From Podospora anserina (Eukaryota): 64,000 nt of DNA. The stretch is taken from contig CM030333.1 of the NCBI GenBank assembly GCA_017654855.1, positions 3,224,001 to 3,288,000 on the forward strand. The letters run 5' to 3'. Under the pieces are notes generated by a model, which searched no databases, was not told the DNA's origin, and saw only the letters and a program-made list of their open reading frames with translations. This document shows positions 26,067 through 38,381 of this stretch, piece by piece (the first letter of the stretch is position 1; the number at the start of each line of letters is the position of its first letter). A program made the position numbers and the translations under genes.

Positions 26067-26303
26067 CGGGACCTGCAAGGCTTCTTTGAGTCGGGAACCC
26101 CAGCTCGGCTCGGCTGTGATGGATGGGTGGTACCTACGACTCGAGAGTTGCAGTGTATTTTATTACCCTAGCCATCCCGCATGATCCAGGACTGAATCTT
26201 TCCTCTTCACTCTGCAGCCTGCCTTTCAACAAAGACCAGGAGCACCGGTCCTGGCCTCAGAGGGACAGACTCTCTACTTCGACTCCTCGACAAGTCTTTC
26301 ACC

Positions 26304-27850
26304 ATGTCGTCCTACAAAGTTTCCGAGTACGCCGGCCCAACGGAGATGGCCCACGAGGGCGTCAACCCCCTCTTGGAAGACATCAATGCCCCCTATTCGG
26401 CCGGTGATTTCGCCTGGATCATGACCTGCGCTGGTCTTGTACTGCTCATGGTCCCCGGTGTTGGTTTTTTCTACAGTGGTCTTGCCCGCCGCAAGTCTGC
26501 TCTGGCTTTGATTTGGCTGTCTTTGATGTCCATCGCCGTTGTGGGATTCCAATGGTTCTTCTGGGGTTACTCCCTGACCTTCACCCACAACACCGACGCC
26601 AGCCCCTTCATTGGCGATCTTTCCAACTTTGGTCTTATGAAGGTCCTCGGTCAGCCCAGTGTTGGCAGCTCCAAGATCCCCGATGTCCTGTTCTGCCTCT
26701 ACCAGGGCATGTTCGCTGCTATCACGTTCGTATCCTTCTTGGTCACCCTCCAGGTCCAGATCTTGCTAACTTGGTTTCCAGTCCGGCCCTCGCTATCGGT
26801 GCCGCTGCTGACCGTGGCCGCATGCTCCCGGCCATCGTCTTCATCTTTATCTGGGCCACCATCGTCTACGACCCGATTGCCTACTGGACCTGGAACCCCA
26901 ACGGCTGGTCCTTTGTCATGGGCGGTCTCGATTTCGCCGGTGGTACCCCCGTGCACATCAGCTCCGGCGCTGCCGCTCTCGCCTACTCTTTGATGCTCGG
27001 AAAGCGTACCGGCTACAACAAGGTCAACGGCCTCCCTTACCGCCCCCACAACGTCACCCACGTTGTTCTCGGCACAGTTTTCCTCTGGGTTGGCTGGTTC
27101 GGCTTCAACGGTGGTTCCGCCCTCGCTGCCAACACCCGCGCTGTCATGGCCTGCCTCGTCACTCAGATCTCTGCCTGCGTCGGTGGCTTCACCTGGTGCT
27201 TGCTTGATTACCGCCTCGAGAAGAAGTGGTCAACCGTTGGTTTCTGCTCTGGTGTCATTGCCGGTCTCGTCGCCATCACCCCCGCTGCTGGTTATGTTCC
27301 CCCCTGGTCGGCTGTCATCTTCGGTGTCTGCGGCGGTATCATCTGCAACTTTGCCACCAAGCTCAAGTTCCTGATCGGTATTGACGAGCCCCTTGATGTG
27401 TTCGCTGAGCACGGTGTTGGTGGTATTGTTGGCAACCTCCTCACTGGTATCTTTGCCGCGTAAGTCCCTTCCCCCGCTCCTCATTTTCAACATAAACTAA
27501 CGCCCCCCTCCAGTGACTACATCGCCGCTCTTGACGGCGCCACCGCCATTGACGGTGGCTGGGTCAACCAGAATTACATCCAGCTCGGCTACCAACTCGC
27601 CGATTCTGTCGCTGGTTTTGCCTACTCCTTTGTCATGACCTGCCTCATCTGCTTCGTCCTGAACCTCATCCCTGGCCTGTCTCTCCGTGTCAGCCCCGAG
27701 GTTGAGGAGATCGGTCTTGACGATGCTGAGCTGGGCGAGTTCGCGTATGATTATGTTGAGCTCAGCAGACACGTCAACGACGTTCTTGTTGGTGGCAGTG
27801 CCGCGGGCAGTGTCAAGGAGTCGAACGAGGCCCCTACCGAAAAGGTTTAA
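26304..27850 (+). CDS. Ammonium transporter, Amt/Mep family (MeaA-like N-terminus)
   Basis: PGVGFFYSGLARRKS, DFAGGTPVHI, LWVGWFGFNGGS, DVFAEHGVGG; introns ~26726-26782 and ~27460-27513. Confidence 0.97.
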
Positions 27851-28456
27851 GCGTTCTCGTGAGCAAAACCAAGTGTGACAAATTCAATAGACATTGGCAT
27901 GACTGGATCGTGCAACAAGGGGGTGTATAGTGGTGAGGTGGCGGCTCAATGGGAAGAGGGGCCTGTAATTTCATAGGGGATGGGCGAAGGATGTGATGGA
28001 TGGAATGATGATGAGGATGATGTGAAATATGGGATGTATTTTGGTTTGTTGGTGGGAAACTGTCCGAAACATGATACCTCTTTCTTTTGGATATACTCAG
28101 CGAGCGAAGGAGATACCAAGTTTATAATCTTTGAGATATATACCCGATACATATCACCATGCAGCGCGGCTTGACTTTCTCTTTGTGCATAATATCTCCA
28201 GGAGGAAAATATGGCTTTCTCTATGGTCCAGATGAACAACAAGCTCCATCTTGAAAGAGATATAACTAACAATGCCTGCCCTTTGACAGGCCGATCAGTA
28301 AGGAACACCTTAAATTTCTGTACACCTCCTACCAAGTCTCTCCCGATTGATTTTTTTAACCGCCGGCTTTCATGTACATGCCCAGATATATGAACAGCTT
28401 CCCCCCCTCATTGCACCTTCTAGTAAAATGATTCTACCATATGTTTTCAACCTCCT

Positions 28457-29308
28457 TTACAGAGCAGCAGCAACCCCAGCAGCAGCAACCACAACAGCAA
28501 CGACATACCCATTCTCCCTGGCAGCACCAGCAGTAGAAGCCGTCGTGCTAGTAACACCATCATCACCACCATCACCACCACCAGGCTGAACAGCCCCAAG
28601 TCCCAGACTAGTAACCTCCGCCCCCGAAGGCGCAGTCTTCAAACTATGCATCAACGAGAACCCCTCACTGCACTGTCGCTGATTGGTAGCCACAGCCAAA
28701 ACCGCCTGCCCCATCGCCCCGTTGTAAACGACAGTCTTGCACTCCTCCACCGCGGACTCCAGCGCACTGCCCGCATGTCGAGCCCACGAGGACCAGTTCA
28801 GCTTGTACGTTTCGTGATCGGCGGTTACAGAGGCAGGGACTGTCTGTCCGACCCAGCGGGATGTCTGCCATTGCGAGCAGAGGGTGACGATGTCGGCCGA
28901 GTTGATGGGGGTGTGCCCCGCGGCGGGGGAGGATGTGGCTAGGTTGGCGGTGACCCAGACGGAGAAGGAGGATTCAAAGTAGTCTCTCAGGGGCTGGCCG
29001 TAGGGAGGGGTGGGTTGGGCGTTGAGGATAGATTTGACTTCGTCGATGCAGGCGTCGCCCCAGGGGGCGTCAGAGAAATCGGGGGGAACCCAGGTGCTGG
29101 TGATGATGGCTATGGTGGAGTCGGCTACGCTGCTGGGGAGGGGAGTCCTGATGGGTGTTGGAGTGTCGGTTGTGGTGATGGGTTCTGTGGTGTCCTGGGC
29201 CAGGGCGAAAGGCGATGGCACCGACGAGGGGAAGAGCTTTGGTGAGATGTATTTTGGAGGTGAATGATCGTCAATCGAAGTGAAGATGTGTGAATGATGG
29301 TGATGCAA
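28457..29308 (-). CDS. GPI-anchored/cell-wall-type protein with disrupted signal peptide (possible pseudogene)
   Basis: T/P-rich N-region, 4-Cys core, S/T linker, TAGAAR plus hydrophobic C-terminus (VVAVVVAAAGVAAAL). Confidence 0.7.
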   Translation of the reverse strand: MHHHHSHIFTSIDDHSPPKYISPKLFPSSVPSPFALAQDTTEPITTTDTPTPIRTPLPSSVADSTIAIITSTWVPPDFSDAPWGDACIDEVKSILNAQPTPPYGQPLRDYFESSFSVWVTANLATSSPAAGHTPINSADIVTLCSQWQTSRWVGQTVPASVTADHETYKLNWSSWARHAGSALESAVEECKTVVYNGAMGQAVLAVATNQRQCSEGFSLMHSLKTAPSGAEVTSLGLGAVQPGGGDGGDDGVTSTTASTAGAARENGYVVAVVVAAAGVAAAL

Positions 29309-30339
29309 ATTGGCATGGCGCTCAAGGAAATTGGTTCTTTTGTATACGAGTCAACCCGTCACTGTCTTCTCCAAGTCTGTGGCTATGCACACATGCAGGG
29401 GCCAAGTGTAAGGAGAGACATGGTGTGAATGCCATAGTAACGGTAATGGGTTCAAATAAATTCGAAGGAATCCGTGGCAACATCCCATGGTTCCGTTCAG
29501 CTCCTCAGGCATCCTCAAAAATGCTTGTCCACCAGCTGGGGCCATAGTTGAGGAGTATGGTAAAAGGTAAGGTGCTTGGCTGCTCGTTCCTTCACAGTTG
29601 ACTGCTCCTTCCCTCATTATGAGTGGACCGCTCCTTCCTCTGACTTGAACCAGTGCCTGCCTGGGAAATTCAGGCCATGGGCCGCCCACTGACTGCTTAT
29701 TACCATTGGGAGTATTTAATATATAACACCAGTACGAGCCTCCTTTTACGATAATGACAAACCTTCTTGGGTATTCAGGACGTCCCATGTGACGTGATAT
29801 GATCTTTAGAAGCAGGAAAGAGCTCAAGTAACACAGAAGTATCGCCTCAATATGTGACTAACCCATTTATAGGCTATACTTTAGCTTTCATGGTTGCCAG
29901 TCAGGGAGCCAAATCCGAGATTTCTGATGCCGGGCAGACAGCAAAGTAGCAAAGTAAAGGAGGAAGATGGCTTGATCTTGTGTGCTGCTTGGGATGTGGC
30001 CCCCTATCTGTCGGAGGACTCATGTATAAGCCGACCAGAATAACAACTCATACCCTCACCCAACAAAGTATCTACCGAGAAACAGAGGAGGGCATCGAAC
30101 ACAGGAGAGCATTGTCAAGCCTTTATCATCAGCCTTCACACATGTCACCCTCGCCAGCCGCCTGAGCTCAAAGCCTACCCCCAACAGTCACCCGGACATC
30201 CGTTTAAACTTCCACCACATCACCACCGCACCGCCGCTACAACGCCATCACCCAGCACATTTCACCACAAACCCACCACAACCACACAATCCACCCCATA
30301 TAACCGCCCTTTCCGCAACAACCAGCACCCGAACCATTC

Positions 30340-30653
30340 ACTCATTCAACCCAGCCCAGTCAGGTTGGCCCCCTGTCTGGTCAGTTTGGATGAGGAGTAG
30401 GTTCAAGGGAGCTCGGTACACCCTCTCGGCTGGCCACCGAGAGACTGTGTGTTCGATCCCTCGAAGTAAAGAACCCCCTTTGAGGGGCTTTTCGTAGCCA
30501 GAATCACCTCCGCTCCCACCTCGTGGAGGCTTTCCCCCAGTGTGAGGCCTCCCACAGTCTCCCACAGTCTCTCGCAGTGTTCCAGTATGAGACCGGGTTG
30601 GAGTCTAAGCCCTCCGGGTTAGGAGGGTCGTGAGTTGACTGGTGAGCTTTTTT
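30340..30653 (+). ncRNA. Unassigned structured non-coding RNA candidate
   Basis: Closing stem CCAGTCA 30356 / TGACTGG 30636, several GC hairpins with G-U pairs on the + strand, TATAA 30299, B-box match GTTCGATCC 30451, T6 at 30648. Confidence 0.55.
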
Positions 30654-31493
30654 GACGTTTTTGTGGCCTGTGAGGTTCTTTTTGGTTCAGATTACAACGA
30701 AACCACTGAGCACGAGAGGGTTATGTAGAGTCTGGGGATGCTCTCACTTATCGAACCTAGTATTTGATCTTTATACCTGCAGAAATCTTATGCGGAACAC
30801 TTGCATTGAGATGACAGATGAAATGGCTGACAGAGACACATTGTTTTGCTGACTGCATACTAGTGTCAGTGGCACCTTTTTCCACTTGTCTAGACCGTTC
30901 ATCGTAGATCGTATGGATTTTACATGGTGCCTTGAACCAAGCAAGGCTTTTCAGCCCACGGTGCTGCCGCCATGCCTCCATCGTCCTCAATCTCACCACC
31001 AAGCATTACAACCAAGCAGGCAGAAACTTGCTTCCGAGGAAGACGCCATTCCTTTTCTTTTACGAGATGTTCTTATAAGCTTCACCATGTCACGAGAGGA
31101 AGTTAAATTGCATCTTCAAGACCCTCATCCCCGCTTTGCCATCCCCCTGGTGCAATAACTTGGCTCTCAAAACCCCGGGAGTTGGTAAGACTGTATTCTC
31201 AGTCAGCAGGAGGCCTGAAAGGCAAGAGGGCAGCAGTCGAATTAGAGATTACCACCACCTAGTTCAAAACTCGATCCCAGAAAGTCATCTCCAGTATTCA
31301 CTGTCATGCTCGTTTTAGTGGTGTATATCCCAAAATATGTTGGTCTAGAGATCCCATATCTACAAACCCACACCGATCCGCAACCCTTTTACTCTTGTGT
31401 GCACAAGTCATAGCCCAACGCCAATGCCCATGCAAATCCCTTTCCCCATTCCAATGCCCAGCACCAAACTCCTAAATATAACCATGCCTCAAA

Positions 31494-32910
31494 TCACAAC
31501 GCCCCACCAAACCTTCCAAAGGACGAATCCTCCTCCTTCTTCACCTTCGTCCCCCCAAAGGGCTCCTCCTTTTTCACCATCGGTCCCCCAAACGGATCCT
31601 CCTTTTTCACCATCGGTCCCCCAAACGGATCCTCCTCCTTCTTCACCGTCATCTTCCTCTTCTTGGCACTATGCCCCAAATCACCCCCAAAAATATCCCC
31701 ATCCTCCTCCTTCTTCACCTTCTTCCCACCCCCAAGATCATCTTCATCATCCGAGTCCATCTTCTTCGCCGCCTGTTCCCTCCTCACCCTCTGCAGCTCC
31801 ACCAAATTCCACCGTTCCGGGTCCTTGCACTTGAGAAGCTTCTTCCGCAGGGGCGTGATCTGAGTCTTGATGACTTGTTTCTATCACACAATGTTAGCAT
31901 TCCCTTCACAACAGAAGAAAGAAAAGAAGAAAAAAGAAACAAACATTAAGCCAGTGATCCTTCCTCTCAGGCAACTCCCTACTCAACATATCCCTACACC
32001 CCTCAATAGCCCCCAGCACCTTATCCCTAATCTGACTCCCAATCACCCTCGCCTTTTCCTCATTTCCCTTGTTGTTATCACCCCCTCCCCCCCCGGGGGT
32101 ATCATTCCCCTCCGCCGCCACAAAATGAAACGTCTCCTGAATCAACCTCTCCGCCAACCCCCTATCCGCCAAACTCAACGCAGCAAGCATAATCTGGCTC
32201 GGCGTGTAATGAAAGTACGCATCCGTCATCAACGGACTAAACTGCAGCACCTTCCTCGCCTTCGCCTCCGCCTCATCCAACCTCTTCAAGTCCTTCTGCA
32301 TATCCGGCAAACTCGCCAATTCCATCATCGCCCCCCGAAGCGCACGATAAGGGTGCTTAACATCAAACGCGAACCTCAACCCCTGACACAGAAGAAACTC
32401 CCCCGCGAGGATCTCCTCGGCGGATTTATTGAAGATTTTAGTATACTCCGCCAGATTGACATGTCCCGTGTCGACCTTGCACGCAAAAAACAGCGCGACA
32501 AAAAACATTTCCGCCGGCGGGTACGTCATGATGCTGTTTGTGATGTAGAACCTCTTTAGGAACATGGCGGCCGTGGCTTTGATCTCGTCCGCGTAGTGGA
32601 GGGCTTCCGACGCGCGGAGGATTTCCGAGGTGTAGTACCCCACCAGCGTGAGCTCCTCTGCTGGAGTCAAAAACTCCGGTAGGGCCGGTGTGCTGTTTCC
32701 GTCTGGGTCGGGGGTGTTGGCGTTGGAGGTTGGGGCCGAGAGGTCCTGCTTTGATGTCGAGACGGGGAGTGGGTGGGAAAGTAAACGCTCGGAAATCCTC
32801 GCGCGCGCGGCGGCGTTGGTCTTTTCGCGGAGGGCGCTGAGCTGGGTTGGGGAGAAGGACCAGAGACGGTATTGCGAGGAGTCACGGTAGCGCGCGTCTT
32901 CGGTTGCCAT
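31494..32910 (-). CDS. CCL1: Cyclin H (TFIIH/CAK cyclin)
   Basis: YRDSSQYRLWSF, FLTPAEEL, ATAAMFLKRFYITNS, EFLLCQGLRFAFDVKHPYRAL, TDAYFHYTPSQI; intron ~31945-31882. Confidence 0.93.
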
Positions 32911-33339
32911 GATGGGCAGTCAGAGCCGTCTTGACGGATCGCAAGCTCGTGGATATGTTCGACTGTTTTAGTGTTTGGTTGGTCGATCGCTCGATTCGGG
33001 ATTTTCAGGTGGGAAGTTGAAGCTTTCTGATTGCTTAGTAAAGCGCCATTTACAAACTCGCGAAACGTGGGAGACCGCTGCCACGACACAAAGGCGCGAA
33101 CGTTGTCGTTGACGTCCAGGTCGTTCCTGCTGCTGGCAAAAGTCAAGGTGAGCTTCGGTCCCCTTGGCGGTCAAATGCTCTGGCGGGGCGCTCACCTCGG
33201 TGAAAATGCCCCACATCAGATCTTGGCTTTGCAGGGGCCAACGCAACGCTGTGGCGGGTCTGGCCGTTACCCCTGTCCATTTCCAACCTCACTCCAACCT
33301 CTCCGATTTCATCACCCAAAAGCAACAACACAATCACCC

Positions 33340-33373
33340 ATGTCATCAGTGTCATCAGTGTCATCAATGTCAT
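33340..33373. repeat. 9-bp minisatellite (TGTCATCAG) x~3.5
   Basis: tgtcatcagtgtcatcagtgtcatcaatgtcat. Confidence 0.7.
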
Positions 33374-33684
33374 TTCATAGCTCTCTAACTATACTCTGAA
33401 GGCCCTTCAGGATTGTACCGAGCCTGCCTTTCTACAATAGCTTTTAGGATCCCTAAACTGATAACGCCTTCTCAACTTTGCGGATCCAGCCCACGAAAAG
33501 CCAACCAAGAAGAATGCGACACCAGACGCCAACCAGACTCGTTCCTTGACCGATATTTCCTGCCGCTATAAAATCCACATAACACGTATCCCACAATGCA
33601 TCATTAAGTTCCCGGGGCTGAGAGAGCCCATTTTCACCGCCTCATAACCACACGCATCATGTCGCGTCACCCTACCCGGAACAT

Positions 33685-35129
33685 CTAGTAACCAACCTCC
33701 CGTCTCGCTGGTACTGGAGGAGCAGGCTTCTTGGATCTGCTCGGAGGAGGCGGCGGTGGAGCCTTCTTCACGACAGGATAACTAGACGTGCGTGTAAGAC
33801 TCGCGCTCCCTACACTGGTGGCGGGACTTGAGCTACGGCCCCAATCCGGGCTTCCCGTATCGCTCGTGTCGTCATCCCGGTCACCAAACACATCGTCCTT
33901 GGTGGTCACGATCTTGTTAACAGGGCGCAACTGGCCACGCAAGTTGCTGACGTTGGGGATGTTTTGGTTGACGCCGTACACCGAGCTTGGAGTGCTGGCG
34001 CCGGATATCCGACCTCCGCCGATACGCTCCCGCTCCAGACTCGCACCGCCCTGGAAAGTACTAGCTCTGCTGATGGTGGGGCGAACCGTACCGTCTTGCT
34101 GATTTTGAGGTTGAACTGGAAGGCCGATACGTCCAGTACGAGACGCAGGCATGCGGACAGGTGGTGCGCTCGATTCGGTCTCGTCGGACTCGTAGATCTT
34201 CTGGCTGCTCACCCGAGGAGCACGCTCAGAGAAGCTCTGCGCCGTATTCGACCTGGCACGGCCGGTTGTTGGGCGCCGTTCGATACTGCCATATGTGCTC
34301 ATGCCTCCGGGTGCCGGTGCTCCTGGCCAGTTTTGGCGAACACGTCTGAGTTCCTCGGCACACCGCTCATGGTAGTCGAGCTCGGCGTCCAAGAACTGCG
34401 TCAAATCCCGTACGCTGTCGGCTTCAGCATCCCGAATGTCCTGCATACGGCGCCCAACGTCCTCGGAAGATTCCTCGTATTTGGCCTTGGCGGCGCGAAG
34501 CTCGTCGTCGATTCTGAAGTCATCTCGCTTGGCCTTCTGGGACTTGGAGATGCTGGCGTCATACGCAAGGCGGCGGTTCTCGAGCTTCTTGCGGGCAGCC
34601 TGTGCAAAAACAATTGGTTAGACACAGGTTCATGGGGAAGCAAGCGGTAGTTGTGTACGAACCTGATACTCCTTCATCATAGCCAGCGACCTCTCCAGCG
34701 ACTCCAGCCAGGTTGTTGTGGCCTCCCCAACATAAGCCTCCTGGATTGCGGAAACCCTCTCGTTGGCCCGACCCATCGTTATGAGGCAGTTGCCAAAGTC
34801 GGAGTCTGGTTGGAACTCCTCGCCGTGTGCAACCATTGTGCGGCCCAGATAGGCAGCTGGGAGTCCCTTCTCTCTGTCTTCCGCAGCCTCGACACGGCGG
34901 CCAACCCATTTGACGTATTGATTCATTGACCTTTGGAGGCGTTCCATGCCTGTGTCCTGTTAGTACGAGAAGCTCTCTTCGGAGTGTGATGGGAAACCTC
35001 ACCCTCAAAACGAAGAGCCATCTCCATTTCGAGCTGCTTGAAGTCATCAGACATGGTAGTCTTTGCTTCACTGCCCATCTTCTCGCCGGCCCATTGGAAG
35101 GCGCGGTCGAACTTCTTGCCAATATTCAT
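33685..35129 (-). CDS. Endophilin/Mug137-like BAR-domain protein with proline-rich tail, 3 exons
   Basis: FQWAGEKMGSEAKTTMSDDFKQLE, MKEYQAARKKLENRRLAYDAS, LTQFLDAELDYHERC; C-terminal PPPPPP. Confidence 0.88.
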
Positions 35130-38100
35130 GATGAGGGTCTGGTGTGTACGTTGTAGATGGCGGTATAGGTGAGTATGTGCAGATGAGGAAAAAGAGGAGA
35201 AATGTCCTATCAGCAGTGGGACAGATGGCGGATAGTGTCCTTATGGGTGTCTCCCGGTGGAAATTGCCAGCGCACAGCTCGGCTGCTCCAACCTCTTGAA
35301 TTAGTCGTGGTGGTTGGGTTGGGGTGTGGTATCGGTAATGAGTGACGTTTCTCCGTGTTACAATGACGGCAGCCGATTAAGAAAGGCAAAAGGTTGGGAA
35401 GCACTGCTTCGGGACGGGAACAGGGTCCTATGCAGTCGAGGAAGGCGAATAAAAGAGAGGCCAGAGGTATAGTCTGGAAAAAGAGAGTATGGGCTCTGAT
35501 ATATATTCAATGGCCGCGAGACAGATTTGTACCGTACCGTCCGTCCCTCTTGATTGCGAAACTCGTCAAAACGGGTGAATTGGAATCCTGTAGCTGGTCG
35601 CTAGGAACAGGGGTCCGCCGAACCCAAGCGGGCCAGGGGCCACTCACACCCTGAGCGGTGGCTGCAGAGCGCTAAACATGCAACTACAGGGGGGTCCCAT
35701 CATCCATGCCCACCAACAGCTGACCCGCGGACCTGGGGTATCAGTCTGTTATCAGCGGGTGCGGAATCTCTCAATCATGAATGATCGATGTTTCCCATTC
35801 TGCTGGTTGCCCAGACACGGCCACATCTCGGACAACTTTGTCGACGCAATATCGGATGAAAGTGGAAGCTGCAGCGTGAAATCACTCTCATGCCGCCTCG
35901 ATATGGAAGCTGCAATGGCTTTGCGGACCGTCGACAGCAGAAATCACCAGACACCTTCCACTTACCTCACCGTCCTTAAATTCTCACATGTAAATGGAAC
36001 CAGCATCTAGACGCGCGACTGGTGAGAAAGGCTTCTGTCCTAAAATATCAAGGCACCCGTTCCCTAGACTGATTCGCCCCATCGAAACGCTTGCTGGCAC
36101 GCTTGCTATGGTAGCACACGAGAGGCCCATTCCCCTGACCAGCTGTTGCTGCTGTGGGACTGTGGACTGTGGACACATTGAATGGAGACCTGTCACTTGT
36201 TGGATCTGGATGTCTTGGGATGTCTCCGAAGACATCTGCACGATTGACAGGGTTCCCCGTTGCTTTCTGGGCGTCTGGCTCCCAATCGACCAACCCACTT
36301 GTTGAGGCGCAGCAGTTTGTGCGTCGCGTTCAACTCTTCTTGCTTCCCCCATCTACCGGCCATCAATGAGTCGATTGCTGTTCACAAGCACATCCAGATA
36401 CGAGCTATTCGCACCGAATAAGAGCCGGACCCAGTGAATATACTTGAGATGATGATCCGGTACCATTTCCGCCAACACGCCAGTTCTGGTGCCACCCACA
36501 CCAGCATGCAACCTGTAGGTCGATATTGAGAGGAAGCTCTTCCTGCATCCGACACAAGAGCCACCTGCTTGGGCCAGAATAGCCTGAAATCGTTACAGCA
36601 TGCTATTCAGCGACCACCCACCATCACAATCAAGTCTAGGCCCTCACTACATTCCAACATGGTGGATGGTCGGCCCGAGCTCGGGCGTATTGGTGTGGTG
36701 CTGATAACAAGTCGCTGATGCTCTTGCCGTTGTTCCTCTACGCCTTCCGACTGCCGCCCCGAGGGGGTGTTTGCAGGTGATCATCGTCTTCTTCCAGAAA
36801 AAGAATCCTTTCACGATCGGAACCATTGGCCAGCAGAATGGCAGATCCGGGGCAATCGTAGCGCCAAAAACTAAACGCCGGAGAGATCCGCCATCCGCCG
36901 TCAATCATGGCCCAATTCATACCAAATCCTCAGAGCGCCTGGCCAGATCTGAAACAGCACTTGAAAGCCAGTTGCAAGGTCCCCGTCTCTTCAGCGCTGT
37001 TTCAGCCTTGCCTTGTCAATCTCCAATCGACTTTCATGCCTTCAGTTTGAAGCCTCAGTCTCTGAGAGCCAATTGAAGCTGTCTTTGATCCCTTTGACGC
37101 CCTGACGATCAGAAGCCAACCAATTACTCGGGGGGTTCCGATTGACTTGTGGTTGACTAACAGGGTTTATTTTTAGACCAAATGACACCACCTATGACAA
37201 TGACGCTTGCGAAACACCGTCACCGTGCTTGGACAGTCATGGAAGCTAGAGAAAACCAAATGCTCAGTGATGGAGTCATTGGACATGCGGCTGCAGTTTG
37301 GATTTGTCCTCCACCAATGCTCTTTGATTCACTTTCCCTCTTTGAAGTCCAACATTTTCCCAGTTTCCCAACTTCAAAACAACCCACACTTGGCGCCAAA
37401 CACAAGCCATTCAAACCTCCCCTTCCCATTTCGCTTCCGTCGATCTCACGTTCTCATCCAAACCGATGGGTCATCTGTCTTCAATGCGACAACTCCACAA
37501 AATACATGGTGACGTTTCAATGCACTTGGTGTCTTTGAAAAACAGTGGGAGCGGAAAAGCCAAGACGTCTCCGCCTCTCCGCCTCCGTTTCCCGTCCCAA
37601 AGTGTCAACCCCGTAACCATGTGACCCTCCTCTCCGACTCCGTACATACTTTTCGGATGCCGAGCCAAGCGTTCGGAGGACCCGTCAAATATACCCAGTG
37701 CCCAGTGATACTGATGTAGACAATGGCGAGGCCCCTTAAACCAAAATATAATACCCCCCTTTCCATACCTGGCCTAGCCATTGACGTTTAAGGGGCCATC
37801 TTCATCCATCGCTGACTGCTCTCAAATACACCACGTGAGTTGGTCGACAGCGCCTAGGGAACATCGCTCACTCGGGCACTATTTCCCAGGGCAAGAGATG
37901 CTGGCGAGCTACATGAAAGAAGCCATCGGTGTACTTTACATTCGGTTATGACCTCCAATACTTCCCAGCTACCACATGGCAAAACAAGTGGTAAAATTGG
38001 GAGTAATTTCAAGGCCGTGATGTGAACTTTGATGAAAACTTCCAGATAGCCGCCACACGCTGCAGGCCCAGGTATATAACATGGGTGGACATGACTATGA

Positions 38101-38381
38101 TGGCGATATAAGCATGCATAGGATTAAAAATGTCCAATAAGAAAAACCGCCTGCTTGTTCATGTCATCTAATCAGCCAGGGCAATACAGCAAACCTGCCA
38201 GGTCAAACTTCTAAAAGAAGACCTTACACCAAAAGAAGGCTAAATAGCATGCATAGGGTATGTAAGAATGCATACAGGCTCTGTTCCAACCGGCCAATGT
38301 CCCATCTCAAAACGCCAATTACAACAACATAAGAATTTCCAGTCCCATCCAAGTTTCCAGTAATCACCCTCTCAACCCCCT

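Noticed and set aside
30363-30540. Minus-strand GAAAGCCTCC ... ACAGGGGGCCAAC resembling RNase MRP CR-I/CR-V
   Set aside because: CR-V consensus (GGRGCUYA) is not met, and G-U pairing favours the + strand.
30613-30627. GGGTTAGG telomere-like word as a telomerase RNA template
   Set aside because: Not the expected 1.5-repeat TAACCCTAA template, and it lies in a hairpin.
35200-38380. Short ORFs in the 3-kb gap between the BAR genes
   Set aside because: No recognisable motifs or consistent splice structure.
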